Positions 1-11,724 are shown, counted from the first letter of the stretch. The stretch: 36,810 bases of DNA from Chiloscyllium plagiosum (GCF_004010195.1 NC_057720.1:871504-908313), one strand, 5' to 3'. Notes: generated from the letters alone by a model not told the origin. Numbers and translations: made by a program.

Positions 1-125
1 AAGGAATTAAGGGCTACGGGGAGAATGCGGGTAAGTGGAGTTGAAATGCTCATCAGCCATGATTGAATGGCGGAGTGGACTCGATGGGCCGAATGGCCTT
101 ACTTCCGCTCCTATGTCTTATGGTC
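1..125 (+). mobile_element. CR1 LINE 3' end, cut by the window edge
   Basis: gactcgatgggccgaatggcct...tatgtcttatggtct resembles a CR1 3' UTR with short repeat tail. Confidence 0.7.
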
Positions 126-861
126 TAACTGCAGAGCTACAGCCAGTCTGTAAACAGGATCCCCAAGGCTCCCGTCACTTGGGATTTTAATACCCTGACT
201 CATTCCTACATTGTTCCAATAAAGTTCAACACTAACAAGAGGAAAATGCACTTCACAGTCTTCCATAGCCAACAATTTCAGATCGCAGTCTCTGTCCTCA
301 CTTATTCAGCCAGCAATTGCTGCCACTGACACCTCCTCTAGACCCAGCTTTTAATACCTTACATCTTTCATTCATTCCAAACCCGTTGTGCCTTATGCCT
401 TATAACATCCTTTGTATAAATTCATCTCTTTTGCCCTCTACCCCACCATTTCCTCTTCATACGCACAACCCTTTTCCTGAGTTTGCTAAAACCTGTTCTG
501 TCTCTAACTTCTCTCTGTTTTGATCAAACGTCCTTGACATGACTCACTAACTGCTTTTCTCTCTACAATTGCTTCCAAGAACTGCCAGCGTTTGGGTTAA
601 TTTCTAACTTCCAGTACCACAAAGCTCTGATTATGCAAAAGAAAAATACTTGCTCTGCTTGGTAGCATCATATCGAGTGGAGGAAAATATTAACTGGAAG
701 GAATTAAAACTATCTGAGCTAATTAACCAGGCAGACTCCTGACAATGTGTTACCTGGCAAAGCTGGAGAGTTCATCCTGTTCTCGTCCAGGCAGAGAAGG
801 TAATGATGGGTTTTAATAGATGTGTTCATCTTCTATGATATGGGTTGTCCCCAAGACACAA

Positions 862-1068
862 CTACAAACTTCCCCAAGTTCCCAAGTCTCCATGTCTTTC
901 TCCATGGTAAACACAGGGAGAAATGTTCACTGAGGACCTCGCCCTAGCTCCACTTTGGTCCTTGAGGGGTTCTATTCTCTCTCTAGTTATTCTTTTTCCT
1001 TCAATATACTTAAAGAACCTCTTTGGATTCACCTTAATCTTCTCAGCCAAGACTATCTCGTGCCCCCT
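862..1068 (-). mobile_element. CR1 ORF2 fragment (endonuclease-RT linker)
   Basis: Translates to RGHEIVLAEKIKVNPKRFFKYIEGKRITRERIEPLKDQ, typical of CR1 ORF2. Confidence 0.8.
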
Positions 1069-1164
1069 TAATTTTTCTTTGAGCTATAATGAAGGGTTAA
1101 GCAATAATGTGACCCTAGACTGTAGCCGAGCTGAAGCCAAAGGCTGTGTATGAATGGAGTTTAT

Positions 1165-1245
1165 TTAGGAGCCAATACTCTGAAAGCTTGTGATTTTAGC
1201 TCAACCTGTTGGCCTATAACCTGGTGCTGTGTGACTTGACTTTCT
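1165..1245 (+). mobile_element. Degenerate PLE terminal repeat, family B
   Basis: gaaagcttgtg...aacctgttggcctataacctggtgctgtgtga is similar to 21135-21200. Confidence 0.65.
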
Positions 1246-2208
1246 CCAGTAACAACCACATTAAGCTTGAAGAAAGCTGTTTGGTTTTTCCTGCAGCTGT
1301 TACTGTATGCTCTGGCTCTTAACCAGTAAACTCGAGTCTTTACAAATGTAAACCAATCCTGCAAACAAGTGAGCGTTGTTGGAAAAGGATCACAGAGCAG
1401 CAAGTCCTAACACAACAGGACCATTTCAGTGAAAGCTTCAGACTGACAGCATTGAATTGCGTTCCCAGTCTTACACCCTTTCCAAACACTCCCGACTTTT
1501 TCCAGGCAGTGTCAGCCTGAGGGGGAGTGGGGTTAGAACTTTCACTAATTCCAGTCTATGGTTCATAATTGTAATTCGAATCTATTTATCTGTAATAAAT
1601 GGTAATTCTGGTTAAATCCATTGCTTTCTGTCAACCTGGATCAGAAAGGCAAGTCAATTGAGGATTTCTTCAATCTTATTAAAATGTTTAATTTTTGTAA
1701 TGACTCCAGGAAAAGCAGAGCTTGAAATTCAGCACGATACCCCAGTGATTCCTGACAGTGCTGAATCAGAAGGGAATTAGGTAACTGGTTGAAGGGGATG
1801 ACATTCAGGCCCACTGGGAGAGAGCTGGGGAGTCAGCGAGTTCTTTCAAAGAGCCAAATGGCATGGTCCTGCAGAGTGTAATTCCAATACTTGCGATTCT
1901 TTCCCTCTCTAATCCCCTTTTGAAAATTGTTATTGAATCTATTTCGACTGCTATATTAGGGCAGCATGTTCCAGATCCCAACAAGTCCCTGTGCTATGTT
2001 AGTCCTCCTTCAGAAATCCCCCTTCTCCCAACTCTCTTTAATCTGCATTCCACTGGTGACCAACCCCCCTGTTAAAGTTTCGTTCTAAACACTCTCCCCT
2101 CACTACGGATATAGATCTGGCCACTCTGTGGGTGGTGTGTTGTTATTTTTACTTCACTCTGGCAGGATTTACTGAGAAGGAGTCCCTTGCAATTCCTGCT
2201 GTTCTATG

Positions 2209-2217
2209 AAAGGATAC
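2209..2217 (-). promoter_or_regulatory. U12-type (minor spliceosome) 5' splice site GTATCCTTT
   Basis: Exact match to the RTATCCTTT consensus immediately after codon GTT of ...KPMVV. Confidence 0.93.
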
Positions 2218-2350
2218 AACCACCATCGGTTTTTCTTTGAGCTCAAACCCATTGACTTCCTTGAGGGCCTTGGCTGCAGCCTTCTCATTGGGAAGCCCAA
2301 TGAAGGCCTGGCCCTTCATCCTCCCTTCTTTCATCAGTCGGATGTCAAAC
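2218..2350 (-). CDS. RNPC3: RNPC3 exon 13 (133 nt), FDIRLMKEGRMKGQAFIGLPNEKAAAKALKEVNGFELKEKPMVV, RRM2
   Basis: Acceptor ctttgcag; RNP1 motif KGQAFIGL; donor gtatccttt; phase 2-0. Confidence 0.97.
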
Positions 2351-3034
2351 CTGCAAAGGCACAATAACTTTGTTTTATTAAACGATAATGCATCATTCAA
2401 AATCAAAACCACCGGAACAGATATTGGTTCATTCATGTGACAGCTAGCTGTTCACAACACCCTGTTCCACAGAGCTGGGCTACATGCTCACTGGCCTACA
2501 CTGGCAGCTGGTCCAGAGAGAGTTAGAATTTTCATTTCTGCATTCAAATCCATCTGTGGATATAAGTCCTCACCATTTCGGTAACCTCCACCAAGTTTCA
2601 AGTGTTCTGTAGCTTTACTTCTTCCTCCAGTCACAAATCCCTCCTTACCTCTGTAACGCTGTCCTGCTCCACATCTTTCAACATATCGAGACTTTTCCAA
2701 TTCTGGCCACTGTCCACCCTGGTTTTAGTCACTCTATCACTGACCTTTCCTCCAGCTGACAGAGGACCAAACCTCTAGAATCCCCTCCCCACGTCTCCTC
2801 ATCTTTCCATCTCACATCCCTTCCTCAAGACACTGTTAAAAATCTACCACTTTATCCAAGCTTTTGGTCAGCTATCCTAACATTTTCTTACATGGCTCTC
2901 TTTGTTTGTGAAGCACGTTGGGACGCTTCTTTAAAAGGTGAAAATAAAGTTATAAGCAGGAGAATAATTTAATTGTTGGATAGAATTTCTACAATATTTA
3001 AGTTTTGGCAGGACAAAATTTGAGTATTGTGGAA

Positions 3035-3525
3035 AAAAAATGAAGTGTGATGGAATCCTTGCAACTTGCCTGGATGGGGCAGCCCCAACAACACTACAGA
3101 TGCTTAACACCATCCAGGGACCAAGCAGCTTGTGGCTGACACCACCACCAACACTTAGGAGCAGTAGTGTCTATCTACAAGCTGCACTGCAGAAATTCAT
3201 TAAATATCCTGAGACAGCATCTTCTAAACTGATAAGCACTTCCATCTAGAAGGACAGGGGCACCAGATACATGGGAACACCACCCCCTGCAAGTTCCCCT
3301 CCAAGCCACTCCCCATTCTGACTTAGAAATGTTTCACCGCTCCTTCAGTGTCACTGGGTCAAAATCCTGGAATTCCCTCCCTAAGGGCATTATGGGTTTA
3401 CCTACAGCACATAGACTGCTGCGGTTCAAGAAAGCAGCTCACCCCCACCTTCTCAAGGGCAGCTAGGATTGGCAATAAATGCTGGGCCAGCCAACAACAC
3501 CTACATCCCAAAGATGAGTTTTATA
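3035..3525 (+). mobile_element. LINE 3' region (CR1/L2-group family, same as 16060-16850)
   Basis: Shares ctgcaagttcccctccaagccactc and tgcactgcagaaattcat with the reverse strand of 16230-16400. Confidence 0.7.
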
Positions 3526-4090
3526 AAATGCATTTTGCCTTGCACTCATCAGGACATTTTGCAAGAATTCAATCTCAAGGGGAAAACCAATTTATAGTGC
3601 ATGAGGTGAGTGATAGTTGGTTGACAAATGGACTCTTAATTGGTGGAAGTGTTGCCATGGAGAATGTAGCCATTAATTCTGATTGACAGTCAACAGCCAG
3701 GATACATTTAATGTCAGGCTTACAGAGTGCTGTGCTCATGAGTCCTGGAAGTTACGTATCCTCATACACAGGCCCCTGTGGCAGAGGGTTTGAGCAGCGT
3801 TGGAGCGCATGCTTCTGAGCTGTTTGGGTAAGTTTAAAAAATAAGGAATGATATCACAGAAAAATTTGCAGTTAATGTTAGACATCGTATTTCAACCCCA
3901 GGAATTTTGAAAAATGTAAATTTATAACCTAGCAGAGAGATAGTAAGAATTTATAGACACAGGAAAGGGGAGCTGATTTGTCACTAAAGGCAAGGAATTT
4001 ATTCTTTCAACAAATCTACGTTTAAAATTAATAGCATAAAACAAATAATTTCTACTTGGCCTAAAGTTTGGTTAACCATAATTTAACTGA

Positions 4091-4502
4091 GTTGAAACTT
4101 TATTGCTGGAACAGCACAGCAGGTCAGGCAGCATCCAGGGAACAGGAGATTCGACGTTTCGGGCACAGGCCCTTCTTCAGGAATGAGAGGCAGAGAGCTT
4201 CTTCAAGGAAGGCATCCTTGTAAGAGGATTCGCAGTAGGTTGAAATCTTCGAGGAGAAAGTGAGGTCTGCAGATGCTGGAGATCAAAGTTGAAACTTTAT
4301 TGCTGGAACAGCAAAGCAGGTCAGGCAGCATCCAGGGAACAGGAGATTCGACGTTTCGGGCACAGGCCAAAGAATCCTGAAGAAGGGCCTGTGCCCGAAA
4401 CGTCGAATCTCCTGTTCCCTGGATGCTGCCTGACCTGCTGTGCTGTTCCAGCAATAAAGTTTCAACTTTGATCTCCAGCATCTGCAGACCTCACTTTCTC
4501 CT
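4091..4502. mobile_element. Non-coding PLE derivative, family A: partial tandem repeat plus inverted repeat
   Basis: 15-bp TSD ccataatttaactga at 4076-4090 and 4503-4517; direct repeat with a 197-nt period; inverted arms at about 4251-4368 and 4386-4503. Confidence 0.85.
4149..4184 (-). ncRNA. Minimal type I hammerhead ribozyme motif, family A
   Basis: AUUC-CUGAAGA-A-GGGC(CUGU)GCCC-GAAA-CGUC-GAAU: conserved core, 4-bp stems I and II, palindromic ACGU at stem III. Confidence 0.7.
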
Positions 4503-4519
4503 CCATAATTTAACTGAAG

Positions 4520-5165
4520 AGAGACCGAGGGGTTTAGGTATACAGCTTCCTGAAAGTGGACACGGTGGTAAAGAAGGCATTGAACATACTTGCCTTCATT
4601 ATTCAGATCACTGAGTATAAGAATTGGGACATTATGCTGGGCTAGTACGGGACATTGGTGAGGCCACCTTTGGAGTACTGTGTACAGTTCTGGTCACCCT
4701 GTAATAGGAAGGATATTATTAAATTGGAGAGGCTGCAGAAGTTATTTACCAGAATATTACTGGGACTGGAAGGTTTGAGTTAAAAGGAAAGGCTGGATAG
4801 ACTGGGACTTTTTCTCTGAAGCATAGGAGGTTGAGGAGCATAGATAAGGTGAAAAGCAAAGGTTTTCTCACTCGGTTGGAGAATTCAAAACTAGAGAGAG
4901 TAATTTCAAGATGAAAGGAGAAAGATTTAAAGGCACCTGAGGGACAATCTTTTCACACAGAGGGTTATTCGTATGGGGAATGAACTGTCAGAGGAAATGG
5001 TAGATACAGGTACAGTTACAACATTGAAAAGACAGTTGGACAGGCATTTAATAGGAAAGATTTAGAGGGATATGGGCCAAATGCAGACAAATTTGGGAAA
5101 TCACTAGTTTAATTTAAGAAAGCAGGTCGGTATGGATAAGTTGAACTGATGCTGTGTGACTCTTT
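4520..5165 (+). mobile_element. Degenerate CR1 LINE 3' portion
   Basis: Encodes remnants such as LVRPPLEYCVQFWSP and ends in a CR1-type 3' UTR. Confidence 0.85.
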
Positions 5166-5394
5166 GAATAACAGGGTAAGAGTCCTGGGTGTTACATATC
5201 CCGCAGTACATGGTAAGTCTCCTTTCCTCTTGTATAAATGACAGTTTTGTTTTTACTTTGATATTTCTTGCAAAATGTCCAGGTGAACGTATGACAAAAA
5301 ACTTCAACAAAATACATCTCTCTCCAGGAAAACTCAAGCTTCAGTCCCATTGCAAACACTAAAAGATAGATTTGTATTTTCACAGACCCTATTA

Positions 5395-5700
5395 TCCTCA
5401 CAGGATGACCAAAGGTTAGTTAGTTAATGAGGATTTTCTCTGACGTGTAGGCAGTGTTTAAATGTAGCAAATGAGGCAGCTAACATGTGCACAGCAAGAT
5501 CCCACAAACAGCCCTGTGAAAATGAAGAAGGGCTTATGCCCGAAATGTCAATTCTCTTGTTCCCTGGATGCTGCCTGACCTGCTGCGCTTTTCCAGCAAC
5601 ACATTTTCAGCTCTGATCTCCAGCATCTGCAGACCTCACTTTCTCCCCAAAATGACCAGATCACCTATTTTCACATATACCGAAGTAGATCAGGGATGGA
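5395..5700 (-). mobile_element. DeuSINE-like (SacSINE1-type) 3' portion, interrupted by a PLE repeat
   Basis: gcagctaacatgtgcacagcaagatcccacaaacagc...aatgaccagat matches the reverse complement of the Deu-domain region as I recall it. Confidence 0.6.
5526..5648 (+). mobile_element. PLE terminal repeat, family A
   Basis: Near-identical to 20845-20967; apparent TSD aaaatga at 5519-5525 and 5649-5655. Confidence 0.8.
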
Positions 5701-5815
5701 GGTGTTGTCATATCTTTTGCGTTCCTTCAAGTAGCAAATGCACCTTTCTACTTAACACCCACTCCAAAGTCAATGCCTTCAACACTGCAGTCCCCCTTTA
5801 GTAATGTCCTGGATT

Positions 5816-5911
5816 GAAACTTTATTGCTGGAACAGCACAGCAGGTCAGGCAGCATCCAGGGAACAGGAGATTCGACGTTCCGGGCACAGGCCCTTCCTC
5901 AGGAATCCAGG
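5816..5911 (-). mobile_element. PLE terminal repeat, family A, with mutated hammerhead core
   Basis: Near-identical to 4092-4184; 13-bp TSD aatgtcctggatt at 5803-5815 and 5912-5924; GAAA changed to GGAA. Confidence 0.85.
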
Positions 5912-6027
5912 AATGTCCTGGATTCCCTAACCTGACCAAGGTTCTCACATCTACTCCGTGAAAATTGCACCCATATCGTCCTGTGGTCTTAACAATATAA
6001 CAGAGAAACAGAAACCAGATCTCTTAC

Positions 6028-6086
6028 ATGTTCCTCTCAGTTTGCGATGAGAAATCAACGTATCTGCCAAAGATGAACTTCAAATC
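6028..6086 (-). CDS. RNPC3: RNPC3 exon 12 (59 nt), DLKFIFGRYVDFSSQTERNM
   Basis: Acceptor tttcattccag and donor gtaaga; preceded by a 104-nt intron; phase 0-2. Confidence 0.96.
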
Positions 6087-6190
6087 CTGGAATGAAATGA
6101 AAGTGAGAAAACACTGCTTGCACAAACTTCCTCAGCCTGCAGTGAAAAAGAAAAGGAGCAAGCTGCATAGGGATCTGGGAAAGAGGTTAC

Positions 6191-6285
6191 CTTCTCTTCA
6201 ACTTGTTTGGAAAGGTTCTTTACGTACAGGCGACAGGTCGGTTCACCTGGATTGTAATTCTTAAACAACGAAATGCTCTCCATCT
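6191..6285 (-). CDS. RNPC3: RNPC3 exon 11 (95 nt), EMESISLFKNYNPGEPTCRLYVKNLSKQVEEK, start of RRM2
   Basis: Acceptor cttcttgcag and donor gtaacc; RNP2 motif LYVKNL; phase 1-0. Confidence 0.96.
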
Positions 6286-6606
6286 CTGCAAGAAGAAAAT
6301 CACATACTGTGTATACCAACGGCAATATAGGAACACGAAGAGGTCATTCATCCCCGAGACTGCACAGCCATTCAAATCGATCACGCCAAGCCGTTTCTCA
6401 ACTCCAATAAAAAGCTACCAATCTCAGTTATACATCTTCAATTGACTTCAACATCCCACTACCCCTAAACAGCCCTGATCTGACTCTGAGGTTACAGACT
6501 CTCCCATTGGAAGATGACCAAACTTTAAATTGTACTGGCTTCATTCTCACCAATGATTGGTGCATTAAGGTTAGTAATTGGCACTGCCTCTGACCCCCAC
6601 ACTCAC

Positions 6607-6765
6607 CATCTCTGGAGATCCTTCCTTTGGCCAACTGTTTCTTGGAAATGAACTCAGAGGGAATTTCTTCCTCTTCCTCCTCCTCACTTTCATTTTTTGA
6701 ACATACAGGTGTTGGTTGGATTTTCCCAAATCCTGAATTTTGAGGTTCGGAATTCTCTTGTGGCT
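6607..6765 (-). CDS. RNPC3: RNPC3 exon 10 (159 nt), PQENSEPQNSGFGKIQPTPVCSKNESEEEEEEEIPSEFISKKQLAKGRISRD
   Basis: Acceptor cttttacag (chosen because it satisfies phase 1) and donor gtgagt; GFGKI and KGRISR motifs. Confidence 0.88.
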
Positions 6766-7018
6766 CTGTAAAAGTGTCATCAGGAAACCGGAGCTTAACA
6801 ACCAATCACAGCTCAGTGCCAACAACCTCACATTGAATCCACTCATTTCTCACAATATCTTTCATCCGGAATGTCACTGGATTCAACATACTGGCCATTA
6901 CGTAATTTATTACAAGGCCTCAAAGAAATAGATCTCTCCAACACTTCACAGGATCATAATTCAGACACTGAGCCCCATGAGATCGTTTAATCAGAGGTTT
7001 GCCTTTTAAGGACCATCT

Positions 7019-8345
7019 TAGAATCATACAGTACAGAAGAAGCCCTTCAGCCCATCAAGTCTGTACTGCTAAAACGTTAAATCTACCCTACTCCCACTTT
7101 CCAGCGCTAGTCCCATAGCCTTGAAGTTAATGACATTACAAGTGCTTGCCCAAGTACTTTTAAAAAGTTGTGAGATTTATCAACTCCTCCCAGGCAGTAC
7201 ACTCCAGACATCCACCACTCTTTGGGAGAAAAGGGCTTCCCTCAAATCTCTTCTAAACCACCTGCCTTCCATCTTAAAAGTCTTGTTACTGTTTTGAAAC
7301 TGACCTTCAACTAAGGGGACAGCTGGTTTCTATCCACCGTGTCCATGCCCCTCGTAACCTCAGACACCTCCATCAGGTCCCCCCCTCCAAGCCTACTCTG
7401 TTCCACAGAGAATGCCCAGAGCTTATCCAGCCTCTCCGCATCGCTAAGCTTCACCACCCCAGGCAGCATCCTGGTGAATCCCCTCTGCATCCCATGCTGT
7501 ATAATCCCATCCTTCCTATCGTGTGGGGACCAGAACTGCACACAGTACTCCACCAAACTCCAGTGTAATCTCCCTGCTCTTATCATCTATCCCTTGACTG
7601 AAAAAGGCAAGTGCCCTGTGTCCCTTCTGAACCACTCTATTAACCTTTCCTGCCACCTTCTGGGATCTGTGGATAAGCTCCCCAAGATCCCTCTGAACTT
7701 CCTAGTGTCTCATCATTTAAAAACTCCCTTGTTTTGTCATTTCTTCCTGCTTCACCTCACATGTATCAGGGTTAAATTCCATCTGCTTCTGATCAGCCAT
7801 TCTAACCAATCTGTAAATTGATCTGTAATCTAACACCTTCCTCCTCACTGTCAAACACCCGGCCAAACTCTGTGTCATCTACAAACTTGATCACCCCTCC
7901 CTTGCCCATACCCCACATTTTCTTCTATACTTCCCAAACAATAAGGGACCCAGCACTGATCTCTGTGGTACACCACTGCACACCAGGCTCCAATCACACA
8001 AACAGCCTTCGACCACCACCCTCTTGCTCCAAGAGGATTTTGGATCCAACTTGTCACGTTACTTGAGACCCCCATGTGCCTTTATATTTTTTTTTAATCA
8101 GTCTCCCTTGTGGAACCTTATCAAAGATTTGGTTGAAATCCATAGAAACTACATCAACTAAATCCATAAAAACCCGCCTCATTCAAACACTCAGTCACCG
8201 CCTTAAAGAAACGCAAACAAATTTGTTTGGTGTGTCCTCCCGCTACCAAGCCATGCTGACAATCCTGTTCAAACCTAAATACAAAACATTAATTCTCTCC
8301 TTCAGAATTTTCTTCAATAGTTCCCCAGGCACTGATGGGAGGCTC
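7019..8345 (-). mobile_element. Older CR1 LINE (RT region to 3' end), pseudogenised
   Basis: EYCVQFWSP and KFVDDT remnants with frameshifts; 3' tail near 7019. Confidence 0.85.
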
Positions 8346-8545
8346 ACTACCATCGAGGAGATGGGCTCATGTTCTGGAGTTAGGTGCTGGCCTTTGGTAA
8401 TGGGACTGCTGCAGTTCTCAACTGACAGTAAATCAGTGAGACATCAGAAATCATTAACCTACTGTGAAGGGCTTTCAGGAAAGGAGAATAAATGTCTTTG
8501 TTTTTTCACTGGGACAGAGTGCACACTGGTTTCATGACAGCCTAC

Positions 8546-8673
8546 CTGTTCGATGATCACCTCCTCCCTCCAACAAGCTGCTAGCATCGACAGAGATGTG
8601 GAATTCAATTTTCTTTTGACTGTGAGGCTGCGGCTGGTCAAAGACTTCAGACGGTGGAACAACAGGATGCGAG
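8546..8673 (-). CDS. RNPC3: RNPC3 exon 9 (128 nt), SHPVVPPSEVFDQPQPHSQKKIEFHISVDASSLLEGGGDHRT
   Basis: Acceptor gccttcccag and donor gtaggc; VFDQPQP and IEFHIS motifs; phase 2-1. Confidence 0.9.
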
Positions 8674-8934
8674 CTGGGAAGGCACAGGGAGATATAAATC
8701 AACCTTCACTAGAAGGTGGGACGAAGCAGCAGGAAGAAGCCACTTGGCCTTTCGAGCCTGCTCCACCATTAATGAAACCATGGCTGAAACAAACAATGCT
8801 GGGGAAACTCAACAGGTCGAGCAGCTACTGTGGAGAGAGAGAAACAGAATAAACAATGTGCCCCATACGACTCTTCAGAACCGCTCTGATTAGTGGAGGT
8901 GAGGCTAATAAATGTTTTTTAAGAAAAACGTCAA

Positions 8935-10620
8935 TTATAGTCACAGTGTCATAGAGGTGTACAGCATGGAAACAGACCCTTCGGTCCAACCCGTCCATGC
9001 CAATCAGATATCCCAACCCAATCTAATCCCACCTGCCAGCACCCGGCCCATATCCCTCCAAACCCTTCCTATTCATATACCCATCCAAATGCCTTTTAAA
9101 TGTAGCAATTGTACCAGCCTCCACAACATCCTCTGGCAGCTCATTCCATACACATACCACCCTCTGCATGAAAAACGTTGCCCCTTAGGTCTCTTTTACG
9201 TTTTTCACCTCTCACCCTAAACCTATGCCCTCTAGTTCTGGACTCCCCAACCCCAGGGAACAGATTTTGTCTATTTATCCTATCCATGCCCCTCATAATT
9301 TTGTAAACCTCTATAAGGTCACCCCTCAGCCTCCGACGCTCCAGGGAAAACAGCCCCAGCCTGTTCAGCCTCTCCCATAGCTCAAATCCTCCAACCCTGG
9401 CAACATCCTTGTAAATCTTTTCTGAATCCTTTCAAGTTTCACAACATCTTTCCGATAGGAAGGAGACCAGAATTGCATGCAATAGTCCAACAGTGGCCTA
9501 ACCAATGTCCTGTACAGCCCAACATGACCTCCCAACTCCTGTACTCAATACTCTGACCAATAAAGGAAAGCATACCAAACGCCTTCTTCACTATTCTATC
9601 TACCTGCAACTCCACTTTCAAGGAGCTATGAACCTGCACTCCAAGGTCTCTTTGTTCAGCAACACTCCCTGGGACCTTATCATTAAGTGTATAAATCCCA
9701 TTCTGACTTGCCTTTCCAAAATACAGCACCTCACATTTATCTAAATTGAACTCTATCTGCCACTTCTCAGCCCATTGGCCCATCTGGTCAAGATCCCATT
9801 GATCTCTGAGGTAATCTTCTTCGCTGTCCACCACACCTTCAATTTTGGTGTCATCTGCAAACTTACTAACTGTACCTCTTATGCTCGAATCCAAATCATT
9901 TTATATAAATGACGAAAAGCAGTGGACCCAGCACCGATCCTTGTGGCACACCACTGGTCACAGGCCTGCAGTCTGAAAAGTAACCCTCCACCACCACCCT
10001 CTGTCTTCTACCTTTGAGCCAGTTCTGTATCCAAATGGCTAGTTCTCCCTGTAATCCATGAGATCTAACTTTGTACCAGTCTCCCATGGGGAACCTTGTC
10101 GAATGCCTTCCTGAAGTCAATATAGATCACATCTACTGCTCTGCCCTAATCAATCCTCTTTGTTACTTCTTCAACAAAACTCAATCAAGTTCATGAGACA
10201 TGAACATACAAAGCCATGCTGACTATCCCTAATTAGTCCTTGTCTTTCCAAATACATGTACATCCTGTCCCTCCGGATTCCCACCAACAACTTACCCACC
10301 ATCGAGGTCAGGGTCACCGGCCTATAGTTCCCTGGCTTGTCTTTACTGCCCTTCTTAAACAGTGGCACCATGTTTGCCAACCTCCAGTCTTCCGCCATCT
10401 CACCTGTGACTATCGATGATACAAATATCTCAGTAAGAGGCCCAGCAATCACTTCGCTAGCTTCCCACAGAGTTCTAGGGTACACCTGATCAGGTCCTGG
10501 GGATTTATCCACCTTTACCCATTTCAAGATATCCAGCACTTCCTCCTCTGTAATATGGACATTTTGCAAGATGTCACCATCTATTTCCCCACATTCTATA
10601 TCTTCCATGTCCTTTTTCCT
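8935..10620 (-). mobile_element. 5'-truncated CR1 (HER1-like) LINE with broken RT ORF2
   Basis: ORFs 10171-10647, 9896-10120 and 9439-9894 carry [27 protein letters not shown] and KFADDTK motifs; 3' UTR and tail at 8935-9000. Confidence 0.95.
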
Positions 10621-10999
10621 CAGGCTGATTTTTGCTCTTTGCAACATTATAAACCTCTTCTTTCAATATAAAACTATCTGTCATTCCCTAAGTGAGTCAT
10701 GGATGAGGTTTACTTGCTATTTTTGTTTTTTACTGAAATGTATTCTTGTTGAATATTTTGAATTCTTTCTTTCAACAGTTTTCATTATTTTTTGCTGTTT
10801 TACATTTCTGTCTATTTAGCCAATCAACATTTTGCCTGTTCTCTTCTGATTCCTATTTTGTTGACTTTGTTTAATTTTAAAATTCTTGGTTTGGAGAGCA
10901 GTTTTCCTATTTTCCAATTTAAAGTAGGATGTAATTGTTTTATGAACACTACTTCTTTTCCAAAGAGATTACTGATTAAACACGCCTCAAATCTCCATC

Positions 11000-11100
11000 A
11001 AAAATAAAAACAGAAATTGCTGAAAAATCTTAGCAGGTCTGGCAGCATCTTTGGAGAGAAATCAAGTTAATGGTCCAGTCCAGTGATCCTTCTTCACAAC
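11000..11100. mobile_element. Older PLE-like terminal repeat fragment
   Basis: aaaaacagaaattgctg...agcaggtctggcagcatc resembles family A; similar pieces at 8790-8890, 30460-30560, 31310-31490 and 34620-34780. Confidence 0.55.
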
Positions 11101-11149
11101 AGACCCAATCAAAAACACTTGGTTGCACATAATATTGTTCCTGGAAATA

Positions 11150-11455
11150 GAGACATACAAGGGTAGATAGTAAAAGTTTTTTTTCCTGGGATGATGACGT
11201 CAGCTACAAATTGAGGGGTGATAGATTTAAGACAGATGTCAGAGGCAGGTTCTTTACTCAGAGAGTGGTAAGGGCGTGGAATGCCCTACCTGCTATTGTA
11301 GCCAATTCAGCCACATTAGGGGCAATTAAACAATCCTTAGATAAGCACATGGATGATTTTGGGATACTGTAGGGGGACGAGCTGAGAATAGTTCACAGGT
11401 CGGTGCAACATCGAGGGCTGAAGGGCCTGTTCTGTGCTGTATTGTTCCATGTTCT
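11150..11455 (+). mobile_element. CR1 LINE 3' end, second subfamily
   Basis: KLRGDRFKTDVRGRFFTQRVVRAWNALP; similar to 14790-14988 and the reverse strand of 24921-25200. Confidence 0.9.
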
Positions 11456-11461
11456 TATTAT

Positions 11462-11724
11462 TGGAAATGCATTCACAAGATTATCTCCCAAAAATCTTTT
11501 ATTGTGATTGGAACCAGGTGGACCTAATTGACTCTGGGATCCTTAATTGGTCTCGTTAACGTGGGCCAGTCAATGAGCCCTGGCTGACAGATATAACCAG
11601 GGGATTCAGAGTCTTCTCATTTCAGGGACTGACTCTGAGCTGACTGGCCAGAGCCAGTGTACTGTGCATGTGGAAATGAAGGGTGATTTGGTGATGGGAT
11701 ACTGGCCTCTGGGCAGTTATTTCA
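11462..11724 (+). mobile_element. Possible solo LTR
   Basis: TG...CA ends, TATA-like atataa and a degenerate polyA-like motif; no clear TSD. Confidence 0.35.

Noticed and set aside
1..2208. Last coding exon of RNPC3 and the U11-binding USSE element
   Set aside because: I found no QFARS-coding sequence or tandem U12 5' splice site motif. TTTGCCAGG near 752-760 (FAR) is followed directly by TAA. Both features probably lie left of the window.
3698..3706. GTATCCT motif on the minus strand (another near 15800)
   Set aside because: Isolated partial matches with no adjacent exon or tandem partner; expected by chance.
4203..4614. Near-identical short ORFs on both strands (MKLYCWNS...)
   Set aside because: They result from the inverted repeat and do not resemble a protein.
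6766..6805. N-terminal extension of ORF 6428-6805 (VVKLRFPDDTFT)
   Set aside because: It lies upstream of the phase-compatible acceptor at 6766-6767 and is treated as intron.
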